A stretch of DNA of 64,000 nt from Candidatus Poribacteria bacterium (lineage in GTDB: Bacteria > Poribacteria > WGA-4E > PCPOR2b). Of this stretch, positions 59,790 to 64,000 are shown piece after piece (the first letter of the stretch is position 1; each line of letters begins with the position of its first letter). A model generated the notes under the pieces. The model searched no databases. It was not told the origin of the DNA and saw only the letters and a program-made list of their open reading frames with translations. The position numbers and the translations under genes are program-made. The stretch lies in NCBI GenBank assembly GCA_965215015.1, contig OZ244042.1:2080001-2144000 (forward strand). Direction: 5' to 3'.

Positions 59790-60731
59790 ATGAAATACGT
59801 CCTTGCGATCTGCTTAATTGGAGCAAGCACTTTTTTTATTTCATGTCATGATGAAGAGGGAGCAGCACACTATAATCGCGGAAATGCTTATCAGGAAGAA
59901 GGCAGATTTAATGAAGCGATTTTAGCATACAAAAAGGCGATTGAGGTAGACTCCAACTTTGCAGAAGCGCATTATAACTTGGGAAACGCCTATTACCGCC
60001 AAGGGCAAATTGATGAAGCGGTACTAGCGTACAAAAAGGCAATCCGCATCAAGCCGGATTTTGTGGAGGCACGTAACAGCCTAGGACTCGTTTATCGTAT
60101 ACAGGACAACAATGAAGCTGCGATAGTAGAGCTCAAAGAGGCGGTCAGCATTGCCCCGGATAATGCACAAGCGCATAACAATCTGGGCCGCACTTACATG
60201 GAACAAGATAAATTTGAGGAGGCTATTGCTGCATTTGAGCGAGCAATTCAACTCAATCCGGATAGTACATACGCTTACTACTATCTCGGAAACTCCTACA
60301 AAGCACAGGGCAAGTTCGGCCAAGCCATCGCTGCGTTCAAGAAGGCTGTTGCGATAAGCCCTTACGACGCTTTATCTCATCATAATATGGGGATTTCTCT
60401 TTATAATCTGAATCGGTTCGATGAAGCCATAACTCACTTTGAAACGGCGGATCGCATTAGTCCAAACTTGGCAAATCTACACAACAACCTAGGGAATGCC
60501 TACAAAGCACAAGGTAAACTTGATGAAGCTGCTGCTGCGTTCGAGAGAGCAGCGAGCGTCAATCCGAGCGATGCAATAGCATATTACAATTTGGCAAGCA
60601 TCTATGCTGAACGAGGCGACGCTGGAGGTGCTATGAAGCAGTACAAGCAGGCCCTCCATTTGGCTCGTACCAATCCTGACCTTCAGGAACTTATCCCTGA
60701 GCTAGAAGGTCGTATTAAGGCGTTAAAATGA
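59790..60731 (+). CDS. TPR-repeat lipoprotein
   Basis: Lipobox-like FISC and about 8 TPR units (A..NLG..Y...G....A...Y/F..A). Confidence 0.92.
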   Translation: MKYVLAICLIGASTFFISCHDEEGAAHYNRGNAYQEEGRFNEAILAYKKAIEVDSNFAEAHYNLGNAYYRQGQIDEAVLAYKKAIRIKPDFVEARNSLGLVYRIQDNNEAAIVELKEAVSIAPDNAQAHNNLGRTYMEQDKFEEAIAAFERAIQLNPDSTYAYYYLGNSYKAQGKFGQAIAAFKKAVAISPYDALSHHNMGISLYNLNRFDEAITHFETADRISPNLANLHNNLGNAYKAQGKLDEAAAAFERAASVNPSDAIAYYNLASIYAERGDAGGAMKQYKQALHLARTNPDLQELIPELEGRIKALK

Positions 60732-60925
60732 AGTAAACCCTTTCAATAGCGTCGGAGGAAAACAGGCACATTATTGGAATTGGTTATGAGTATACTGTCG
60801 TTACAAGTGCTCACCGTCTCACAAATTAATAAGTTGCCACTTAAAGCCCCAGGGGCGATATGTGTAGCATTGAGTTGATGTACAATAAATCACGAGACTC
60901 ATATTAAAAGAAAGTGCAAAGCACG

Positions 60926-60964
60926 AACAGCCCCCGAGCTTTCGGCAAAAACTCGGGGGCTGTT
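60926..60964. repeat. strong hairpin upstream of hflX
   Basis: AACAGCCCCCGAG...CTCGGGGGCTGTT; no U-tract. Confidence 0.6.
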
Positions 60965-61129
60965 GCACGATTTCTTAACATGAGCCAATCGGGAAAACCA
61001 CTATTGGTAAAGTTTCAAAGGGGAACCAGAAGAATCGCGAAGAAATATCCGGCGTCTGGGTTTAACGGATTAAATTTGATTGCCGAAGCTCGTACTGACC
61101 GATGCACATTATCGCCGAAAGGAGACGAT

Positions 61130-62476
61130 ATGCACGAAACACTGGATACCATGACAGCGGCCCCAACGCAGGGGCTCCTTGTTGGGGTAAAATTGAAAGG
61201 CGAGTTGCAGACCGATGCAGAAAGTTCACTCGAAGAATTAAGACGGCTTGCAGAAACGGCGGGGATGGACGTGCTTGCCGAAATCATACAGCCGAAAGAA
61301 ACGCCCGATCCCGCCTATTTTATCGGACGAGGAAAGTTAGAGGAATTGGAGGCGATAATCAGTGAACTCAAAGTGGAGGCGGTAATTTTTGATAACGACC
61401 TCACACCGGCACAAACTCGTAATTTGGAAAAAGGGCTTGATGTCGTCGTCATTGATCGAACAAGCCTGATTCTACAGATTTTCGCGCAACGTGCACAGAC
61501 CAAAGCTGCCAAATTACAGGTAGACCTTGCCCAACTGCAATATGCGTTGCCGCGTTTGACGCGAATGTGGACACACCTCTCTCGACTTGGCACAGGTGCA
61601 GGCGGCACAGCAGGGGTGGGGGTCGGGCGCGCTGGGGGTGTAGTCCGTGGGCCGGGCGAAACCCAACTTCAGATTGACCGACGGTTGATTCACTCACAAA
61701 TTGCGCGTGTAAAAAAAGCACTCCAGAAAGTTGAAAAGCATCGGCGCGTACAGCGGAAACAACGTCAGAAAATGATTAATATCTCGCTGGTCGGTTACAC
61801 CAATGCAGGAAAATCAACCCTCTTTAACGCTTTGGCGAGCGAGAATCGACCCGCTGAAGATAGGCTGTTTGCGACACTAGATCCAACAACCCGCTTACTC
61901 GATTTGCCGGATAACCAACATGTCTTGTTGAGTGATACAGTCGGTTTTCTCAAAAAGCTGCCACATCATCTAGTAGCTGCATTCAAGGCAACGTTAGAGG
62001 AGGTTGTAGAGGCGGACCTGCTGCTCCATGTCGTTGATGTATCCCATCCCGAAGCGGAGAGTCAGATTGATGCTGTTGATGAGGTGCTTAAAGAGTTGGG
62101 GGCCTTTGAACGACCAACGCTCATGCTGTTCAATAAGATTGATTTACTGGAGGAGGAAGAATACCTCCGGCTATTCCAGAGTAAATATCCCGATAGCCTT
62201 GCAATATCGGCGCAGAATGGCACAGGATTGGAAGCACTAAAAGGTCTACTCGCTGAACGCTTCTCAACTCAGGACGTAGATGTGGCGCTTGTGCTCTCCT
62301 ATCAAGACGGAAAGGCACTAGATTATCTGTATAAGCATGGTGAAGTGTTCGATACGGACTATCAAGGTCAGTCAATCCGAGTCAAAGCGAAGCTTCCACA
62401 ACGCTATTTGAAGGCTTTGGACCGCCTCACAACCAATTCGACCGCTGTCATACTAGATTCAAAGATTAATGCGTAA
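61130..62476 (+). CDS. hflX: GTPase HflX
   Basis: IL.IFAQRA, GPGETQL..DRR, GYTNAGKST, LFATLD, DTVGF and NKID motifs. Start at ATG 61130 after AGGAG. Confidence 0.97.
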   Translation: MHETLDTMTAAPTQGLLVGVKLKGELQTDAESSLEELRRLAETAGMDVLAEIIQPKETPDPAYFIGRGKLEELEAIISELKVEAVIFDNDLTPAQTRNLEKGLDVVVIDRTSLILQIFAQRAQTKAAKLQVDLAQLQYALPRLTRMWTHLSRLGTGAGGTAGVGVGRAGGVVRGPGETQLQIDRRLIHSQIARVKKALQKVEKHRRVQRKQRQKMINISLVGYTNAGKSTLFNALASENRPAEDRLFATLDPTTRLLDLPDNQHVLLSDTVGFLKKLPHHLVAAFKATLEEVVEADLLLHVVDVSHPEAESQIDAVDEVLKELGAFERPTLMLFNKIDLLEEEEYLRLFQSKYPDSLAISAQNGTGLEALKGLLAERFSTQDVDVALVLSYQDGKALDYLYKHGEVFDTDYQGQSIRVKAKLPQRYLKALDRLTTNSTAVILDSKINA

Positions 62477-62529
62477 ATCGAATCCTCGATTCGCTCGGGG
62501 GACTTAACCACATATCCCTAATCAATTGG

Positions 62530-63189
62530 ATGGTATTAGGAATGCTGCGACATCTGTATGGTGAGGTCTATTACTGGACTGAACGCCACGGCAGCCCTGA
62601 AACAATTTATGATTGGAACAGCTACGCGATTCGTATAGATCGGGCAAACGTCTTGGCATTGGTTGATCCGCTACCTTTGACGGTTGGGGAGATTCGACAA
62701 ATTGAGAGAATCAGGGTGCCAACCCACATCCTCTTGACCTGCAACTGGCATCTCAGAGAAGCCGAGATTTTCCGACAGCGATGGGACTGTAAAATTTACC
62801 TTAACACACTCGGATCGGCAGAGGTGGAAACGACGATAGACGGTACGTTTCAGGATCGAGATCGACTGTGGGACGCTATCGAAGCGATTCATATTCCCCA
62901 TGCTGGTTGGACAGAAGAGACAGCGTTTTTAGTGGAGCAGGCTAACGGACTTCTCATCGTAGGAGATGCGGTGTGTGGCGGACGAGCAGATATTGGTGTG
63001 CCTGAAGGTGAGATCGGTATCTTTACCAATCAAATTGAGCATATTCCGGATCGTCAAAAAGCACGAAATTCGTTGGTGAATCTGATGGAATATCCCTTTG
63101 ATGCCATCTGTTTTGCACATGGCTTTCCAATTCTGTATCAGGCGAAAGCGGCATTACAGCGATTTATCGATACAAATACCTTGAAGTAG
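62530..63189 (+). CDS. metallo-beta-lactamase-fold protein
   Basis: ILLT..WH.R, GDA and CFAHG degenerate MBL motifs. Confidence 0.75.
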   Translation: MVLGMLRHLYGEVYYWTERHGSPETIYDWNSYAIRIDRANVLALVDPLPLTVGEIRQIERIRVPTHILLTCNWHLREAEIFRQRWDCKIYLNTLGSAEVETTIDGTFQDRDRLWDAIEAIHIPHAGWTEETAFLVEQANGLLIVGDAVCGGRADIGVPEGEIGIFTNQIEHIPDRQKARNSLVNLMEYPFDAICFAHGFPILYQAKAALQRFIDTNTLK

Positions 63190-63282
63190 GGCGAAGCCCG
63201 ATAAACAATTTAGTTTCCAGAGATGAAAGGTAAATATTGAATGCCTCAAGGCCTCGTAATGACGGTTCAGCCTCCACAATTC

Positions 63283-63379
63283 GTAGGGACTAACGATCGT
63301 TAGTCCCTACATACACATGGCTCCTTAGCCTTTGTCCCTTTCTATGAGCCAGTAGGGAACGCAAATCTGCGTTCCCTAC
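63283..63379. repeat. pair of GTAG REP-like palindromes between convergent genes
   Basis: GTAGGGACTAACGATCGTTAGTCCCTAC and GTAGGGAACGCAAATCTGCGTTCCCTAC. Confidence 0.8.
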
Positions 63380-63410
63380 AATCTGAAGTGCGTAAGCGCA
63401 AATGCAAGCC

Positions 63411-64000
63411 CTACTTTTTTACGCGCTGCCCGCCCTCGATGGCGAGGAGAAACGCCTTTCCATCTTCCGACATTTCTGCCTCTTCGGGCGGTTCACCTTC
63501 AAATTGTTTCTTTAACGCGGGGTAAGCGGTGACGGTGGGCACCTCGTCAAGTTCTGTAAGTGGTGGGATGCGAGACTGGGCAGCTTCAATTATGGGGACA
63601 GTTCTTTCAAGTTTTTGATTCCTGTGTAACTCGTCCCGTTCTTTGAATTCGGGCATGACACGCGATGCGAGTAACTCAAGGGCTTCGCAGATATCCTCGT
63701 GACGGTTGCGACCTGCCTGCTGGATAAAGATCACCTGATCAACACCCATCTCCTCGTACTTCAGCAGATGCTCGCGGAGTTGGTCTGGGGTGCCGATACC
63801 CCCTCTCGCCTCACGGGGAGGCTCTGGAGCTGCCTTATACGACTCCCAAACGTCCGTATGACCGGGGACATGGGACCCTACGACGTAATAGTGTGAGAGT
63901 CCATGCGTGAAGAATCGTAAGCCATCCAAGCCTCGCTTGATAGCTGTCTCTTCATCCTCATGGCATGAAAAGCCACTCACCATTGCAACACTCAGATTCA
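63411..64000 (-). CDS. LLM-class flavin-dependent oxidoreductase (5' end outside window)
   Basis: IGTPDQLRE....E..GVDQVIF..Q.G...HE.IC..LEL....V.P motif. Confidence 0.82.
   Translation of the reverse strand, partial: NLSVAMVSGFSCHEDEETAIKRGLDGLRFFTHGLSHYYVVGSHVPGHTDVWESYKAAPEPPREARGGIGTPDQLREHLLKYEEMGVDQVIFIQQAGRNRHEDICEALELLASRVMPEFKERDELHRNQKLERTVPIIEAAQSRIPPLTELDEVPTVTAYPALKKQFEGEPPEEAEMSEDGKAFLLAIEGGQRVKK

Noticed and set aside
60914-61129. N-terminal extension of HflX
   Set aside because: Runs through a hairpin repeat; a better RBS and ATG lie at 61130.
1-64000. tRNA, rRNA or known riboswitch
   Set aside because: No cloverleaf, rRNA-like stretch or riboswitch consensus recognised by eye; an Infernal/Rfam scan would be needed to exclude them.

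Overview
Bacterial genomic window with no rRNA, tRNA or CRISPR array. The gene repertoire resembles Candidatus Poribacteria-type sponge symbionts (inference): secreted LamG proteins with a C-terminal V-x-P...L-T-T-x-W-G-x-I-K motif, an FG-GAP/FlgD-Ig protein, two PhyH dioxygenases, five Gfo/Idh/MocA oxidoreductases and two DUF6785-like membrane proteins. Housekeeping genes include fdhD, hisI-trpE-(truncated MTase)-trpG, ubiX, aroF and hflX. A decayed type I restriction-modification locus (hsdR remnant, half hsdS, intact hsdM) carries inserted genes, including a TIGR04255-like three-gene operon. Intergenic DNA is full of short mobile elements: at least four MITE-like TIR families, GTAG REP-like hairpins, tnpB remnants and a 65-bp mini-IS605-type element. 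The best find is an unannotated 32-codon leader peptide containing H-H-W-H-W-W-W, with promoter, antiterminator and terminator, upstream of the mixed hisI-trpE-trpG operon. It is a candidate dual His/Trp-sensing transcription attenuator. All family assignments come from motifs recognised by eye; no searches were run.
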